Shown: in pieces, positions 26,502 to 37,713 of the stretch
Layout of the letters: each line of letters opens with the position of its first letter
How positions within the stretch are numbered: the stretch's first letter is position 1
Source: an uncultured Aestuariivirga sp.
GTDB taxonomy: Bacteria > Pseudomonadota > Alphaproteobacteria > Rhizobiales > Aestuariivirgaceae
DNA length: 64,000 nucleotides
Reading direction: 5' to 3'
Assembly: GCA_964244825.1 (NCBI GenBank)
Contig: CAXTKL010000001.1
Coordinates: 1,480-65,479, forward strand
Position numbers and translations under genes: made by a program
Notes under the pieces: model-generated
The model's input: only the letters and a program-made list of their open reading frames with translations
The model's database searches: none
What the model was told of the DNA's origin: nothing

Positions 26502-27735
26502 CCAACAGTCATCCAACCCAAGTCTTCGGCCGAAGCTGAAAGGTCGCGCAAACGGTTTTGACAAGGTCATGCAGATATCTGATTTGAGATACCAGAAGGA
26601 TCGAAGAATGACCCCCGCGAGCGCTGTTTTGGGTGAGAGTCAGATTGCGTTGAGCCTTGAACACCAATCAAGCACCACGTCGGCGGAACTGACTGAAACT
26701 GAGCGTGATCAGGAACGGTTCGAAAGAGATGATCTGGATGGGAGTTGTCTGTATTTCGAAAGCTTATTTTCGCGCATGGAAAGGAGGTTTTCAAGTGAAT
26801 GCTTTCAAGACGATGGTGACGAGGCTACAATTTTGAATCGTCTAGAACTACAGGACGGTTCGCAACGCAATTTTAAGGTCACCGCGTTTCAGAAATCAGA
26901 ACACTCTTCCGTCGTGACGGTCGTCGACTTTGCGACGGCAAAGGCACGCAAATATGAACGTACCAGCGATGCACGCCATGATCACAGGGCTGACCAAATG
27001 GAATTCAACACTGTCAAACGTCAACAACTTGATCGACAGCAGAGGATCATCCCTGACGGACTCCAAGGCAGGGGTAACAGTGTCGAAACTGCGTTGCAGA
27101 TGGCTGAGGAGCATGAGACGCTCTCGGTGGATGCGTCTGATGCGTCGATGCAAAACGAAGCTCAACGGATTGACGCGGCAGTTTTGCAATCGCAGGAGGC
27201 AGCGTCGTCTTTGAGTCCGGTCGAACAGATAACACGGCATGTTGCTGATCAGATGGTGCAACTGGTTGAGGTCAGGAGTGATATTGATCCGTCACTCATT
27301 CACAACACAGTGACAAGTCGAGCGTTGCGATTGAATTTGCATCCGGCTGAGTTGGGTCTGGTCGACGTCACTATTTCCAAGCGTGGAACGCGGCTGGAGG
27401 TTGTCATCGTGCCTGAATTGGAAAGTACAAGTGAAATTCTGCGGGGCGACACAAACCAGCTGCTACAGAGTTTGGGTCTGGCCACTGCTGAGACAGCTCA
27501 TTTGCATGTCCGCATTGAGACTTCAACGGGTGCCGTGGACATGGGCGACAACGCGGCGACTGGACAAGCATTCGCACAGTCAGATCATCAGTCAATGGCC
27601 GATGATAGCCGTACTTCGCAAGACAATGGCGTGGAACCGAAGTGGCGTGAAGGGATCCAAGCAGATGCAAGAATTGAAGCCATTCGCGCTACGTCATCTG
27701 TGGCTCAGCGCCGTTCTGACGCTCTCTATGTATGA
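26479..27735 (+). CDS. fliK: flagellar hook-length control protein (FliK/MotD)
   Basis: C-terminal LRLNLHPAELGLVDVTI domain after a low-complexity N-terminus; position after motC; start uncertain. Confidence 0.82.
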   Translation: MRVTSPDDQQSSNPSLRPKLKGRANGFDKVMQISDLRYQKDRRMTPASAVLGESQIALSLEHQSSTTSAELTETERDQERFERDDLDGSCLYFESLFSRMERRFSSECFQDDGDEATILNRLELQDGSQRNFKVTAFQKSEHSSVVTVVDFATAKARKYERTSDARHDHRADQMEFNTVKRQQLDRQQRIIPDGLQGRGNSVETALQMAEEHETLSVDASDASMQNEAQRIDAAVLQSQEAASSLSPVEQITRHVADQMVQLVEVRSDIDPSLIHNTVTSRALRLNLHPAELGLVDVTISKRGTRLEVVIVPELESTSEILRGDTNQLLQSLGLATAETAHLHVRIETSTGAVDMGDNAATGQAFAQSDHQSMADDSRTSQDNGVEPKWREGIQADARIEAIRATSSVAQRRSDALYV

Positions 27736-28264
27736 TGCGACGCTCGCTGCAAAAGTCCATTCTGACTGGTTATGCGAGCAGCAGATGAGTGATGTATCGG
27801 TTGCGGAAGGAATTCCGCTTGGATTACTCTATGCGGTGGCCTTGACTGAGACAGGCGTTGGTGGGCACCTCAGTCCCTTTGCGCTGAATGTTGAGGGTGT
27901 ACCCCTCGTGCTTCAATCGCGGCCGGAGGCGATCGCGGCTTTTTCTTCTGCGAGGAAAAACGGTTCCCGAATGATTGACATCGGTTGCATGCAGATCAAC
28001 CACTTCTATCACCATGCAGGTTTTGCCAGTGACGAAGACATGTTTGATCCAAAGCTTAACGTAACCTACGCCGCACGTTTTTTGAAGGCGCTGAAGCGTC
28101 AGGGTGGAAACTGGACTGAGGCCGTTGGACGCTATCATGCAGGAGCAAAAAACAAGCCAGCCCAGCACCGCTATGTCTGCAAGGTATTGCACAATCTGGT
28201 GGCTACGCATTTTGGCAAGTGGACGCCGGAAGCTGAAGACAACTGCAGTTCAAAGCGTGACTGA
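27665..28264 (+). CDS. flagellar lytic transglycosylase (SLT domain)
   Basis: YAVALTETG, IDIGCMQIN, FDPKLNVTYAARFL and AVGRYH; ATG 27665 gives a signal-peptide-like N-terminus. Confidence 0.9.
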   Translation: MQELKPFALRHLWLSAVLTLSMYDATLAAKVHSDWLCEQQMSDVSVAEGIPLGLLYAVALTETGVGGHLSPFALNVEGVPLVLQSRPEAIAAFSSARKNGSRMIDIGCMQINHFYHHAGFASDEDMFDPKLNVTYAARFLKALKRQGGNWTEAVGRYHAGAKNKPAQHRYVCKVLHNLVATHFGKWTPEAEDNCSSKRD

Positions 28265-28270
28265 CACAGG

Positions 28271-28301
28271 TCAGGCTGCCGCAAGGTCAGCATGACAAGA
28301 T
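28271..28301 (+). promoter_or_regulatory. putative Rem/FtcR-type promoter upstream of flgE
   Basis: TCAG-gctgccg-CAAG-N10-CAAGAT. Confidence 0.5.
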
Positions 28302-28325
28302 ATGTTGAGTGAAAAGGAGTTCCCT

Positions 28326-29582
28326 ATGAGTCTCTACGGCGTTATGCGTACCAGCACTTCTGGAATGAACGCGCAATCGAGCCGTATTTCGGCTGTGGCT
28401 GAGAATGTTGCAAACGCCAACACCAATGGTTACAAGGCCATGCGTACTGAGTTTGCCTCCTACTTTATCAGTGGAAATGTGTCGCAATATAATTCGGGTT
28501 ATGTTGATGTCAACATGCATCGGCTGGTGAGCAACCAGGGCACGCTGGCAGCCACGACATCCATCACGGATCTTGCGATACAGGGCGACGGATTTTTCAT
28601 CGTCCGCAATGTCAACGGCGAAAATATGTTGACGCGGTCCGGGTCCTATCAACCTGATGCTGATGGTAAACTTTCCAACGCCGCAGGATTTACCTTGATG
28701 GGCTATCCCGTTTCCACAAACAACGGCGGCATTGTGGTGAATGGCTTTGCGGGACTTGAACCCGTGGCATTCGATAGCGTCGCTCTGTCTGCGCGAGCGT
28801 CTACGGCAGGCGTGTTGCAAACGAATCTGCCGGCCAATGCTGCCGTTATTGCATCGCCAAACCTGCCGTCTGCAAATTCCACAGGGACAACTTACACAGC
28901 CAAAACATCCATGGTCACTTATGGCAATTTGGGTGAAGAGGTCATGCTTGACGTTTACATGACAAAGACCGGTGCCCAACAGTGGGAGGTGGCAGTATTC
29001 GACCGCGCCAAAGCCGGTGCAAATGGCTTTCCCTACGCAACTGGGCCGTTGGCTACAACCGCACTCTCGTTTGATGCTGCGAATGGGCATCTTACGGCTG
29101 CAAGTGCCACAAATATTGCCGTCACCGTGCCGGGTGGCCAACCAATGACGATCGATCTTTCCAAGACATCGCAACTCGCCGCAGGCTTCTCGGTTCAGGA
29201 CGCCGACATGAATGGCAACAAGGCAAGTGCCGCTGACCTTGTGGAAATTGCCAATGACGGGACAGTCTATGTGGCATTTGAGGATGGAACGAAGCAGGCG
29301 AAATACAGAATCCCGCTCGCAACAGTGCCTAGCCCAGACAATCTCGAGGCGCTGTCCGGCAATGCCTTTGGCATTACCCAGCGCTCGGGCGACTTTCGCA
29401 TTGGCTATTCCGGTGAAGGGGGGTTCGGGAAAATTGCATCCGGTGTACTGGAGCAATCCACCGCCGATATCGCTTCAGAATTTACCGACATGATTGATGC
29501 GCAACGTGGTTACACTGCCAATTCCAAGGTTTTTCAGACAGGGGCTGAACTTATGGACATTCTGGTGAATTTGAAACGCTAG
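28326..29582 (+). CDS. flgE: flagellar hook protein
   Basis: SGMNAQ, ENVANANTNGYK, DLAIQGDGFF and LEQSTADIASEFTDMI; AAGGAG RBS. Confidence 0.95.
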   Translation: MSLYGVMRTSTSGMNAQSSRISAVAENVANANTNGYKAMRTEFASYFISGNVSQYNSGYVDVNMHRLVSNQGTLAATTSITDLAIQGDGFFIVRNVNGENMLTRSGSYQPDADGKLSNAAGFTLMGYPVSTNNGGIVVNGFAGLEPVAFDSVALSARASTAGVLQTNLPANAAVIASPNLPSANSTGTTYTAKTSMVTYGNLGEEVMLDVYMTKTGAQQWEVAVFDRAKAGANGFPYATGPLATTALSFDAANGHLTAASATNIAVTVPGGQPMTIDLSKTSQLAAGFSVQDADMNGNKASAADLVEIANDGTVYVAFEDGTKQAKYRIPLATVPSPDNLEALSGNAFGITQRSGDFRIGYSGEGGFGKIASGVLEQSTADIASEFTDMIDAQRGYTANSKVFQTGAELMDILVNLKR

Positions 29583-29607
29583 TGTTGTGGCTAATTCGCA
29601 CTAGGTC

Positions 29608-31080
29608 ATGAACGGATTATCCTCAGCACTTTCAAATGCCTTGTCGGGATTGTTGGTCTCGGCTGGGCAAAGTGCATTGGTGTCGCGCAATGTGACGCGG
29701 GCAAGTGACTCAGGCTACAGCCGTCGGGACGTGGGGCTTACCGTCAATGGCGACGGCACTGCGCGACTTGGCAATTACGTCCGAAGTGCTGACAAGGCAT
29801 TGCAAGACCGTGTTCTAATGTCCACGAGCGAGGCCGGAAGTGCTGAAATCAGATCGAATGCCCTGGACCTGCTGAGCAGCACCATCGGAGATCCGCAAGA
29901 CAATACGTCGGTTGCCGCTGGTTTGTCGCAGTTACAACAGTCGTTGCGGGATTTTCAGAATAACCCTTCCAGCCAAATTTTCGCGTCGACTGCTACTTCA
30001 GCAGCACGTACGCTCGCTTCACGCCTGAACAAGGCAGCTGCTGAAGTGGCTTCCGTACGCACGGAAGCTCATGCCGGGGCAAAGACCAGTGTGGAAAAGA
30101 TCAACAAGCTGTTGGCCGAACTGCAACCCATTGATCAGGTCCTGAAATCGACTGCGGTGGGTAGCGAAGCCAGATTGGACAGCTTGGACAAGCGCGATCA
30201 GATTGTGCGCGAGATATCAGAAGAAATTGGGCTGCGCGTGGTCAACAAGGCCGATGGCGGCATCGCTTTGTATACCGATAGTGGTGTGACGCTGTTTGAT
30301 GTTGTGCCGCGGAGCCTTGAGTTTAGGGCAAACGCGACGCTGACTCCCGGAACACCCGGACCGTCGCTATTCATCGACGGCGTTCAGGTATCTGGTAGCA
30401 CTGCGGTGCTGAACATTCAAAATGGCAAACTGGTCGCACAGTTGAACGTGCGTGACGATATGGCGTTGACCTACGAAGCGCAACTTGATGAATCCGCACG
30501 CTCGTTGATTGATGTCTTTGCCGAACGCGACCAGCGCGCAGCGCCGAGCCTTCCGCCTAAGACTGGCCTTTTCAATTATAATGGTTCACCCGCATTGCCT
30601 GCGGCGGCGACGCTGCTGCCTGGCCTGGCCGGCGATATTCGGATCAATGCGAGTTTTGACGAAAGAGCAGGTGGCAACGCCATGTTGCTCAGGGACGGCG
30701 GCAGCAATGGCGCCGCTTATATCTACAATGCCTCCGGCGTCAGTGGCTTTCAACAACGCCTAAGCGATTTGGCCAGTGCCTTTGACACGCCATTCAGTTT
30801 TGACACAAAGGCCAAACTCGGTGGTCAGAGTTCGATCAAGAGTTTTGCAGAAGCCTCAGCCAGTAGCGTTGAAGCTCAAAGAACCACAGCCAGTGAACTT
30901 CATGATGAAACCAGTGCCATCAATCAGCGCTGGAGCGAAGCGCTTCTCGGCAAGACAGGAGTGAATCTGGACGCAGAAATGGCATCGCTGTTGTCACTTG
31001 AAAAATCTTATCAGGCGTCTGCAAAGGTCATGACCACCGTCGATCAGATGTTTGCCGTTCTTGTTGGCATCGTAAACTGA
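29608..31080 (+). CDS. flgK: hook-associated protein 1
   Basis: ALSGL, SRNV...GYSRR and GVNLDAEM...SYQASAK. Confidence 0.93.
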   Translation: MNGLSSALSNALSGLLVSAGQSALVSRNVTRASDSGYSRRDVGLTVNGDGTARLGNYVRSADKALQDRVLMSTSEAGSAEIRSNALDLLSSTIGDPQDNTSVAAGLSQLQQSLRDFQNNPSSQIFASTATSAARTLASRLNKAAAEVASVRTEAHAGAKTSVEKINKLLAELQPIDQVLKSTAVGSEARLDSLDKRDQIVREISEEIGLRVVNKADGGIALYTDSGVTLFDVVPRSLEFRANATLTPGTPGPSLFIDGVQVSGSTAVLNIQNGKLVAQLNVRDDMALTYEAQLDESARSLIDVFAERDQRAAPSLPPKTGLFNYNGSPALPAAATLLPGLAGDIRINASFDERAGGNAMLLRDGGSNGAAYIYNASGVSGFQQRLSDLASAFDTPFSFDTKAKLGGQSSIKSFAEASASSVEAQRTTASELHDETSAINQRWSEALLGKTGVNLDAEMASLLSLEKSYQASAKVMTTVDQMFAVLVGIVN

Positions 31081-31081
31081 C

Positions 31082-32122
31082 ATGCGAAGCGTTGGCTTGG
31101 CTTTTTCTGCTCTTGAGGTATTTTCGCAAGGTGCAATCCGGAAGAACCAGGCCGCCCTTGCAAGGGCGCAGCAGGAACTGGCGACGCAGCGCCACAGTGA
31201 CGTTCCATTGCAGCTCTCCAGTCAGACAGGCCGGAATATCCGCTGGCATTCCGACCTGAAGAATTTGGACGGCGCTATCCTGGGGAATGATCTCTTGCAG
31301 ACGCGGTCAAACCTGGCCCAGACAAGCCTTCAAACCGTCGGCACAGTTGCGTCGGATTTTCTGAAAGACCTTGTGAGCAGCCGCGCTGGTCCAGGCGGCA
31401 AGGATATTCTACAAAAACAGGCTACGAACGCGCTCTCCATGCTGCAGGACGCCTTGAACGTTGAGAACAACGGCTCGTTCCTTTTCGCAGGACGGAATCA
31501 GACAGTCGCACCTCTGAATGCGTTTACAGGCGGAGCGGGTCAGGCACAGTTTCAAACCCTATTCGAGACTGAATTCGGCGTCACCATCGGAGATCCCGGT
31601 GTTCAGAATCTTTCAGCTACCCAAGTTCAGAATTTTTTCGATGGCAATATGTCAACGCTGTTTGATACCCCAAACTGGGAACAGACAATATCCAGTGCGA
31701 CAAGCGAAAATGTGCTCGCCCATGTGGGACAGGGCGAAACGCTGGACATGCTTGCAAACGCAAACGAAAAGCCAGTCCGTGAGCTCTACAAAGCAATTGC
31801 AGCTGTGTCTCAGATTGCAGCAGGCAATTTGAATGATGCGGCTTTCAAGAAACTGGTGGACATTGCTGCTTCCAAGGTTTCCAGCGCCATGCAGGGTTTG
31901 GCTGATATGCAATCTCGTGTGGGTCTGAACCAAAAGACCCTGCAAGACACGACTGATCAACTCAAGAGCAAGAAAGCCTGGTTGGATGATGCCATTTCAA
32001 AAACCGAATCTGTTGATCCCTACGAAGTTGCAACCCGCATCAACGGTCTTACAACGCAACTCGAGGCGTCCTACAGCGTGACCAGCCGGATCGCGCGTAT
32101 CAGCCTGCTGAATTATCTGTAA
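31082..32122 (+). CDS. flgL: hook-associated protein 3
   Basis: NGSFLFAG and VDPYEVATRIN...LEASY...ISLLNYL. Confidence 0.92.
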   Translation: MRSVGLAFSALEVFSQGAIRKNQAALARAQQELATQRHSDVPLQLSSQTGRNIRWHSDLKNLDGAILGNDLLQTRSNLAQTSLQTVGTVASDFLKDLVSSRAGPGGKDILQKQATNALSMLQDALNVENNGSFLFAGRNQTVAPLNAFTGGAGQAQFQTLFETEFGVTIGDPGVQNLSATQVQNFFDGNMSTLFDTPNWEQTISSATSENVLAHVGQGETLDMLANANEKPVRELYKAIAAVSQIAAGNLNDAAFKKLVDIAASKVSSAMQGLADMQSRVGLNQKTLQDTTDQLKSKKAWLDDAISKTESVDPYEVATRINGLTTQLEASYSVTSRIARISLLNYL

Positions 32123-32135
32123 GGGCGCTCGCCAC

Positions 32136-32495
32136 ATGTATATGAAACTTTATGAGCAGATTGCCGAAGAAACGTCGGACCGCATTCGCAACAATGAATT
32201 GCGGGCCGTTGAACACTCCATCCAATTGATGAAAAAGGCGCGGGACGTTGGCATGGCACCGCGCGAAATGATTGAAGCCATTTTCTTTGTGAACAGGTTG
32301 TGGAGTGTGTTGATGGAAGATCTGGCGTCACGCGATAACGAGTTGCCTGAGGCCTTGCGTGCGAAACTCATTTCCATTGGCATCTGGGTGCTACGCACCA
32401 CGGAGGACATGCGGCAGAACAAGGTCAAGAGCTTCGACGCACTCATCTCCATTTCGCAGACGATTTCACTGGGCTTGAGACAACAGACATGCTGA
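32136..32495 (+). CDS. flaF: flagellin biosynthesis regulator FlaF
   Basis: LWSVLMEDLASRDNELPEALRAKLISIGIWV. Confidence 0.93.
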   Translation: MYMKLYEQIAEETSDRIRNNELRAVEHSIQLMKKARDVGMAPREMIEAIFFVNRLWSVLMEDLASRDNELPEALRAKLISIGIWVLRTTEDMRQNKVKSFDALISISQTISLGLRQQTC

Positions 32496-32905
32496 TCCAC
32501 CTCAAGCGCAATGAGAGGCTTTTTATCAACGGTGCGGTTGTCAGGCTGGATCGGCGCGGAACCATTGAGCTGATGAACGATGCGCATTTCTTGCTTGAAA
32601 ACCACATCATGCAACCGGAAGACGCATCTACACCTCTGCGTCAGTTGTATTTTGTTGTGCAAACAATGATTCTGGATCCCTTGAACGCGCATTTGACCCA
32701 AGTGTTGTTTCAGACCCAGGCGGCGCAGATCACATTGCATTGCTGTTCAAAAAATTATCTTCAGGTCATCAAGGCCGCTGGTGAACTTGTGGAGCGGCAG
32801 AATTTTTTCGAAGCGCTGAAGGTGCTGCGAAAGTCGTTCAACATTGAGAATGAAGTATTGGGCGGTTCAGCCCTGAGCGGCAATCGGGAGGATAAGGCAG
32901 CATGA
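32489..32905 (+). CDS. flbT: flagellin post-transcriptional regulator FlbT
   Basis: LKRNERLFINGAV, FLLENH and TPLRQLYF. Confidence 0.93.
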   Translation: MLIHLKRNERLFINGAVVRLDRRGTIELMNDAHFLLENHIMQPEDASTPLRQLYFVVQTMILDPLNAHLTQVLFQTQAAQITLHCCSKNYLQVIKAAGELVERQNFFEALKVLRKSFNIENEVLGGSALSGNREDKAA

Positions 32906-33303
32906 CAATGATTTCAGCACTTCAAACGGCAACTGTCCCTGCTCATACCCAGCAGGATGCGTCGAAGGCCAGCCTCAACTACAATTCATTTCTAAAATTG
33001 TTGCTGCAGCAGTTGAAATCGCAGGATCCGACCTCTCCCGTCGATCAAAAGGAAACTCTGGCGCAACTGGCCTCCTTCAGCAACGTGGAACAGACGATCA
33101 AGCTGAACCAGAAGCTGGATACAGTGATGGATCAACAGCGTATTATCGAAGCTTCGTCGATGATCGGCAAACATGTGCAGTCGTTGCTGAACAGTGATCA
33201 AGGCGTTGTGCAATCCGTAGAGATATCTCAAGGGAAAATGTTCGCCATACTCGACTCCGGCACAAAGCTTGAGCTTTCGAGCGATATCCGGATCAGTACA
33301 TGA
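32902..33303 (+). CDS. flgD: hook capping protein
   Basis: FLKLLLQQLKSQDPTSP and AQLASFSNVEQ. Confidence 0.93.
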   Translation: MTMISALQTATVPAHTQQDASKASLNYNSFLKLLLQQLKSQDPTSPVDQKETLAQLASFSNVEQTIKLNQKLDTVMDQQRIIEASSMIGKHVQSLLNSDQGVVQSVEISQGKMFAILDSGTKLELSSDIRIST

Positions 33304-33578
33304 ACGAGGCGGATGTACTCGAGATCACGCGGGCTGCTGTATGGGCGACCATCATGATGTCAGCGCCGCTCGTCGGCCCGGCCATGCTGGTGGGTATCGC
33401 CATCGCCTTTGGCCAAGCGTTAACGCAAATCCAGGAAAATACGTTGACCTTTGTGCCGAAGATGCTGGTGGTTTTTGCGGCGATGATGCTGGGCTCATCA
33501 TTCATTGGTGGTCAACTCCAGATTTTAACCGAGGGTCTCTACCAAAAAATCGAATTTGGTTTTGCAGCAGCGCCTTGA
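33300..33578 (+). CDS. fliQ: export apparatus protein FliQ
   Basis: QALTQIQENTLTFVPK. Confidence 0.95.
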   Translation: MNEADVLEITRAAVWATIMMSAPLVGPAMLVGIAIAFGQALTQIQENTLTFVPKMLVVFAAMMLGSSFIGGQLQILTEGLYQKIEFGFAAAP

Positions 33579-33599
33579 ATTATGTGACGGCCGTTCAAC

Positions 33600-35675
33600 G
33601 TGAGCAATGAAGTGGTTATCCCCGCGCGCGGCAGCAAAGATCTCATCTTTGCGGTTTGCGTTGGTACGGTGCTCTCGATTCTTTTTGTACCAATCCCTGC
33701 TTTTCTGCTTGATTTGGCACTGGCACTCTCCGTGTCATTGGCCATCTTGATCTTGATGGTGGCACTGTGGATTGATCGGCCTCTTGATTTCTCGGCATTC
33801 CCATTGGTGTTGCTGGTGGTCACCATGTTGCGTCTGGCGCTGAACGTAGCAACCACACGACTGATCCTGAGCCACGGCCAAGATGGGCCTAACGCGGCAG
33901 GTGGCATGGTCGGAGGATTTGCCAATCTGGTGATGGGCGGTGATTTTGTCATCGGCCTTGTTGTTTTCGTTATCCTGCTCACGGTTAACTTCATTGTGAT
34001 CTCAAAGGGCGCCATGCGTATCGCTGAAGTCGGCGCACGCTTTGCGCTTGATGCAGTGCCAGGCAAGCAGATGGCAATTGATGCTGACTTGTCTACGGGG
34101 CTAATCGACGAAAAAGAGGCACGGCGTCGGCGGCGGGAACTCGAGGAAGAAAGCGCGTTTTTTGGCTCCATGGACGGCGCATCGAAATTTGTGCGCGGTG
34201 ACGCGATTGCCGGTCTCGTGATCACCTTTGTGAATTCTTTCGGTGGCATCATCATTGGCATCACACGCCACGGCATGGATGTTGTGTCAGCAGCCGATAC
34301 ATTCATAAAGCTGACGGTGGGGGATGGGCTGGTGACCCAAATACCGGCCCTGATCGTTTCACTGGCGGCAGGACTGATTGTATCAAAAGGCGCAAACCGG
34401 GGTACGGTTGAGAACAGCATTGCAAAACAACTGGGCGCCTATCCGCGCGCCCTTGCGATTTCGTCGGCCATGCTGGGTATTTTGGCGCTGGTGCCAGGCT
34501 TGCCTTTTGCTCCCTTTGCCGTGTTGTCGCTGGTGTTGGCCGCCATCGTCATGGCGTCCAACAAATCCAAGCTGAAACTCGCTGCCGCAGAACGGGCAGA
34601 GAAAATGGAAGCAGAGCGGCTCAAGGATGAAGCATCGCGGGCGTCACCCAGGGAGAATCTGCGGGTTGCCGAAATTGAACTTTCGCTCGGCCGGCAACTC
34701 TCCACCTTGGTCATGGTTTCGCAGGGAGACCTGGCAAATCGTGTGATGAAAATGCGCAAGCGTTTTGCCATGGAATATGGCTTCGTCATTCCTGAAATCA
34801 AATTGTCGGACGATATTCAGCTGCCTTCAAAGCAGTATTGCATCAAAATCCATGGCACTGTTGCATCCAAATATGAGTTGCGCCCCGGAGAAGTGTTGGT
34901 CGTACTGGGCGGGCGTGAAGCACCGGGTCTTCCAGGTGATAATGTGAGAGAACCGGCATTTGGCCTTGAAGCCATGTGGTTTCCAGAAATGTTCGCCAAT
35001 GAATTGAAACACGGCGGACTGAATCCGTTTGAACCCATGTCAGTCATGCTCACCCATCTTTCTGAAGTTGTCCGGAACAATCTTGCGCAGTTGCTGTCCT
35101 ACCGCGACTTGCGCATCATCACGGATGGCTTGGAGCCTGAATACCGCAAGCTACTGGACGAAATCGTTCCGGGTATGATGTCTTTCTCGTCGCTGCAAGG
35201 TGTGTTGAAGTTGCTGCTGGCAGAACGCGTGTCGGTCCGCAACCTCAACCTCATTCTTGAGTCCATTGCCGAGATCGCCGCCCACACGCGCAAGCCCGAA
35301 CTCATTGCAGAACATGTCCGCATGCGCATGGCACAGCAGATTTGCGGTGATCTGAGTGAGGACAGCTTGTTGCGCGTTGTCAGACTTGGCCATTCCTGGG
35401 ACAGCATATTTCTGCAGGCTCTGAAGCGCGATGCACGTGGCGAAGTCGTGGAGTTCGATGTTGATCCAGAGCATCTGGAAAGATTTGCAGGAGAAGCAAC
35501 CAAACACATCAAGCCGCTGCTGGAGAGTGGAAGAAGCTTCGTACTGGCCACGGCTCCAGAAGCGCGGCCCTATGTGCGCATGATCATAGATCGTGTATTC
35601 CCGAATTTGCCTGTGCTCTCCCATCTCGAAGTGTCCCGCGCCGGGCAGATTGACCTGGTAGGAGCAATGTCTTGA
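33600..35675 (+). CDS. flhA: export gate protein FlhA
   Basis: [38 protein letters not shown] and [15 protein letters not shown]. Confidence 0.97.
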   Translation: MSNEVVIPARGSKDLIFAVCVGTVLSILFVPIPAFLLDLALALSVSLAILILMVALWIDRPLDFSAFPLVLLVVTMLRLALNVATTRLILSHGQDGPNAAGGMVGGFANLVMGGDFVIGLVVFVILLTVNFIVISKGAMRIAEVGARFALDAVPGKQMAIDADLSTGLIDEKEARRRRRELEEESAFFGSMDGASKFVRGDAIAGLVITFVNSFGGIIIGITRHGMDVVSAADTFIKLTVGDGLVTQIPALIVSLAAGLIVSKGANRGTVENSIAKQLGAYPRALAISSAMLGILALVPGLPFAPFAVLSLVLAAIVMASNKSKLKLAAAERAEKMEAERLKDEASRASPRENLRVAEIELSLGRQLSTLVMVSQGDLANRVMKMRKRFAMEYGFVIPEIKLSDDIQLPSKQYCIKIHGTVASKYELRPGEVLVVLGGREAPGLPGDNVREPAFGLEAMWFPEMFANELKHGGLNPFEPMSVMLTHLSEVVRNNLAQLLSYRDLRIITDGLEPEYRKLLDEIVPGMMSFSSLQGVLKLLLAERVSVRNLNLILESIAEIAAHTRKPELIAEHVRMRMAQQICGDLSEDSLLRVVRLGHSWDSIFLQALKRDARGEVVEFDVDPEHLERFAGEATKHIKPLLESGRSFVLATAPEARPYVRMIIDRVFPNLPVLSHLEVSRAGQIDLVGAMS

Positions 35676-36421
35676 ATGCGTTGACACAACAGGACTTGTT
35701 GGGGGCATTCCTGGTTTTCTGCCGCGTGGGAACAGCATGTATGCTTCTGCCGGGCTTCGCAGTGGCGCGCGTTCCGGTCCTCTTTCGCGTGTTGCTGGCA
35801 CTGTTTTTTTCGGCCGCAATCCGGCCCTATGTACAGATCACTTGGAACGAGCCGTTTCGTCCTGACGCATATTTGAACGTGCTGTTTAACGAACTCCTGG
35901 TTGGTTTCTTTTTTGGGTTCATCGCAGCCATATTTGCGCACGCTGTCAGGTTTTCGGCGGGTTTCATCATGGCATTGATCGGACTTGCGGGCATTCCCGG
36001 TCAACCCATTGATGATCTCGAAGCCAGCCCACCTTTTGTAATTTTACTGTCCTTGGCCTTTACAGCCCTGATTTTTGCCACAGACATTCATCTCGTCAGT
36101 TTCAAGGCACTGCTTGCAACCTACGACGCCTATCCACTCGGTGAGCGGCCTGCTTTTTCTGCCATTGTCGAAACAGTGGACAACGCGCTGAAAGACACGT
36201 CGCTGATGGCTCTCAAGGCCGCGAGCCCGTTCATACTGCATTCGCTCGGTATCAATTTTGCGCTCGGACTTACGGGAAAGCTCACTCCGCAGCTACAGTC
36301 CTATTTCGCCTTGATGGGGGTATCGACACTAGCGGCATTGCTTGTCCTCTATGTTCTAGGCTCGCCCATGTTGTCGTTGATGATTGGAAGTTATGCCGAC
36401 TGGCTTGAGAACGGATTGTGA
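35672..36421 (+). CDS. fliR: export apparatus protein FliR
   Basis: FLVFCRVG...LPGF and KLTPQL; hydrophobic; coupled to flhA. Confidence 0.9.
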   Translation: MNALTQQDLLGAFLVFCRVGTACMLLPGFAVARVPVLFRVLLALFFSAAIRPYVQITWNEPFRPDAYLNVLFNELLVGFFFGFIAAIFAHAVRFSAGFIMALIGLAGIPGQPIDDLEASPPFVILLSLAFTALIFATDIHLVSFKALLATYDAYPLGERPAFSAIVETVDNALKDTSLMALKAASPFILHSLGINFALGLTGKLTPQLQSYFALMGVSTLAALLVLYVLGSPMLSLMIGSYADWLENGL

Positions 36422-36825
36422 CGCCTGCCCGCTATCTGTCATGCAAGAAGCTGCTGCACGGCATCGCTTTGTTGGAAACTCGCAATGTCAGAGACATCAG
36501 TGGTCACGCCGCCAGATGCGATATGCTACGGAAGGAAATTCGCATTCTGACAGAACAGATCAGCCATTCAGGTTATGCCGACTTTCGTCTGCTGCAACCT
36601 ATGTCCCGCCGCATAGGATCGGCGGTAAATCACCTCGCGATTTCACGGCAAGAATTGCTAAAAGCACAGCAAAAGCGAGTGAAGCTGATGCAGACACGTA
36701 AAATCCTGCAGGGTCGCATCGACAGACACCAGACAGAACGTTTGGAACAGGACCTGCTGGAGCAGATTTCCGAATTCATTTCAGGAAAGGCCGCTGTTCA
36801 GCCTGCCGCAAGAAATTCGGACTAG
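36418..36825 (+). CDS. small coiled-coil flagellar protein (possibly FliJ-like)
   Basis: Coupled to fliR; heptad-rich; position conserved in Rhizobiales clusters. Confidence 0.55.
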   Translation: MTPARYLSCKKLLHGIALLETRNVRDISGHAARCDMLRKEIRILTEQISHSGYADFRLLQPMSRRIGSAVNHLAISRQELLKAQQKRVKLMQTRKILQGRIDRHQTERLEQDLLEQISEFISGKAAVQPAARNSD

Positions 36826-36828
36826 TGT
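36798..36828 (+). promoter_or_regulatory. putative Rem/FtcR-type promoter upstream of flgJ
   Basis: TCAG-cctgccg-CAAG-N10-TAGTGT. Confidence 0.55.
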
Positions 36829-36864
36829 TTCCATAGCCTGTCAACAGCAAGTCAGCGTGGACCG

Positions 36865-37308
36865 ATGGACATCATTGCCCAAGTCATGGGAAACGCCGAA
36901 CCGCTCAAATTGAAAGTTGCTACCCGCATGTTGCAGGCGATGTCGTCCAAAAACGCGGCACCCGCTGACGTTTCGCAGTTTCAGTTGGCAGATTCAGAGA
37001 CTGAGACAAAGAAGGTCATGTCAGCACCGCCCGGTGACGCAGGCAAGAAGGCGCGCCAGGAGGCCATGCGGGGATTGGAAACCGTGCTTGCAACGAAAAT
37101 GGTTGAGGCCATGATGCCGAAAGATCAATCGAGACTCTATGGTGAAGGAACAGCTGGCGAAATCTGGCGTGGCCTTCACATTGACGCAATGGGAAAGGCG
37201 TTGGCAAGCCGCGGGCTATTTTCCACGTCACGTGAACCGCTTGCGGCTGTTGTTCAGCGTCCCCCCAACGCCAGTGGCACAAAGCTGATCGTGCCTTTTG
37301 CCGGCTAG
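36865..37308 (+). CDS. flgJ: rod-binding protein (muramidase-less FlgJ)
   Basis: MVEAMMPK...YGEGTAGEIWR...ALASRG rod-binding motif. Confidence 0.82.
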   Translation: MDIIAQVMGNAEPLKLKVATRMLQAMSSKNAAPADVSQFQLADSETETKKVMSAPPGDAGKKARQEAMRGLETVLATKMVEAMMPKDQSRLYGEGTAGEIWRGLHIDAMGKALASRGLFSTSREPLAAVVQRPPNASGTKLIVPFAG

Positions 37309-37324
37309 CCAACAAGGATCATTT

Positions 37325-37708
37325 ATGTCTCACGCACTCAACTTGCCAACATCGGATTTGGCTGGTTCCAACGGTGAACGGCAGCTATTAATGGTCTTGC
37401 TTCGCTTGAACAAGGCATTGGCAGATGAAAACCAGCATCTTGAATCGGGAGATGTCACAGACCACACCACATTCATCACCGCAAAAAACCAGATTCTCAA
37501 GGAATTGATGGCCATGCAAAGCTCCCTTCCAGTTTCGTCCATGGCACATGAAACAATCGAGCAACTGAGAGCTACCCGTAAGCTCGTTGACCGCAACCAC
37601 CAGCTTCTGAAATTGCAGGTTTCCGCACTCAACGACGTTACTTTGTTTCTTACCAAGGCCGCCATGTCCGCGCAGGGAGATGGCACCTACAACCGCAATC
37701 AACAGTAA
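37325..37708 (+). CDS. flgN: flagellar chaperone FlgN-like
   Basis: L..EN..L, K.QIL, N..LL and C-terminal DGTY; follows flgJ. Confidence 0.72.
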   Translation: MSHALNLPTSDLAGSNGERQLLMVLLRLNKALADENQHLESGDVTDHTTFITAKNQILKELMAMQSSLPVSSMAHETIEQLRATRKLVDRNHQLLKLQVSALNDVTLFLTKAAMSAQGDGTYNRNQQ

Positions 37709-37713
37709 TTCGG

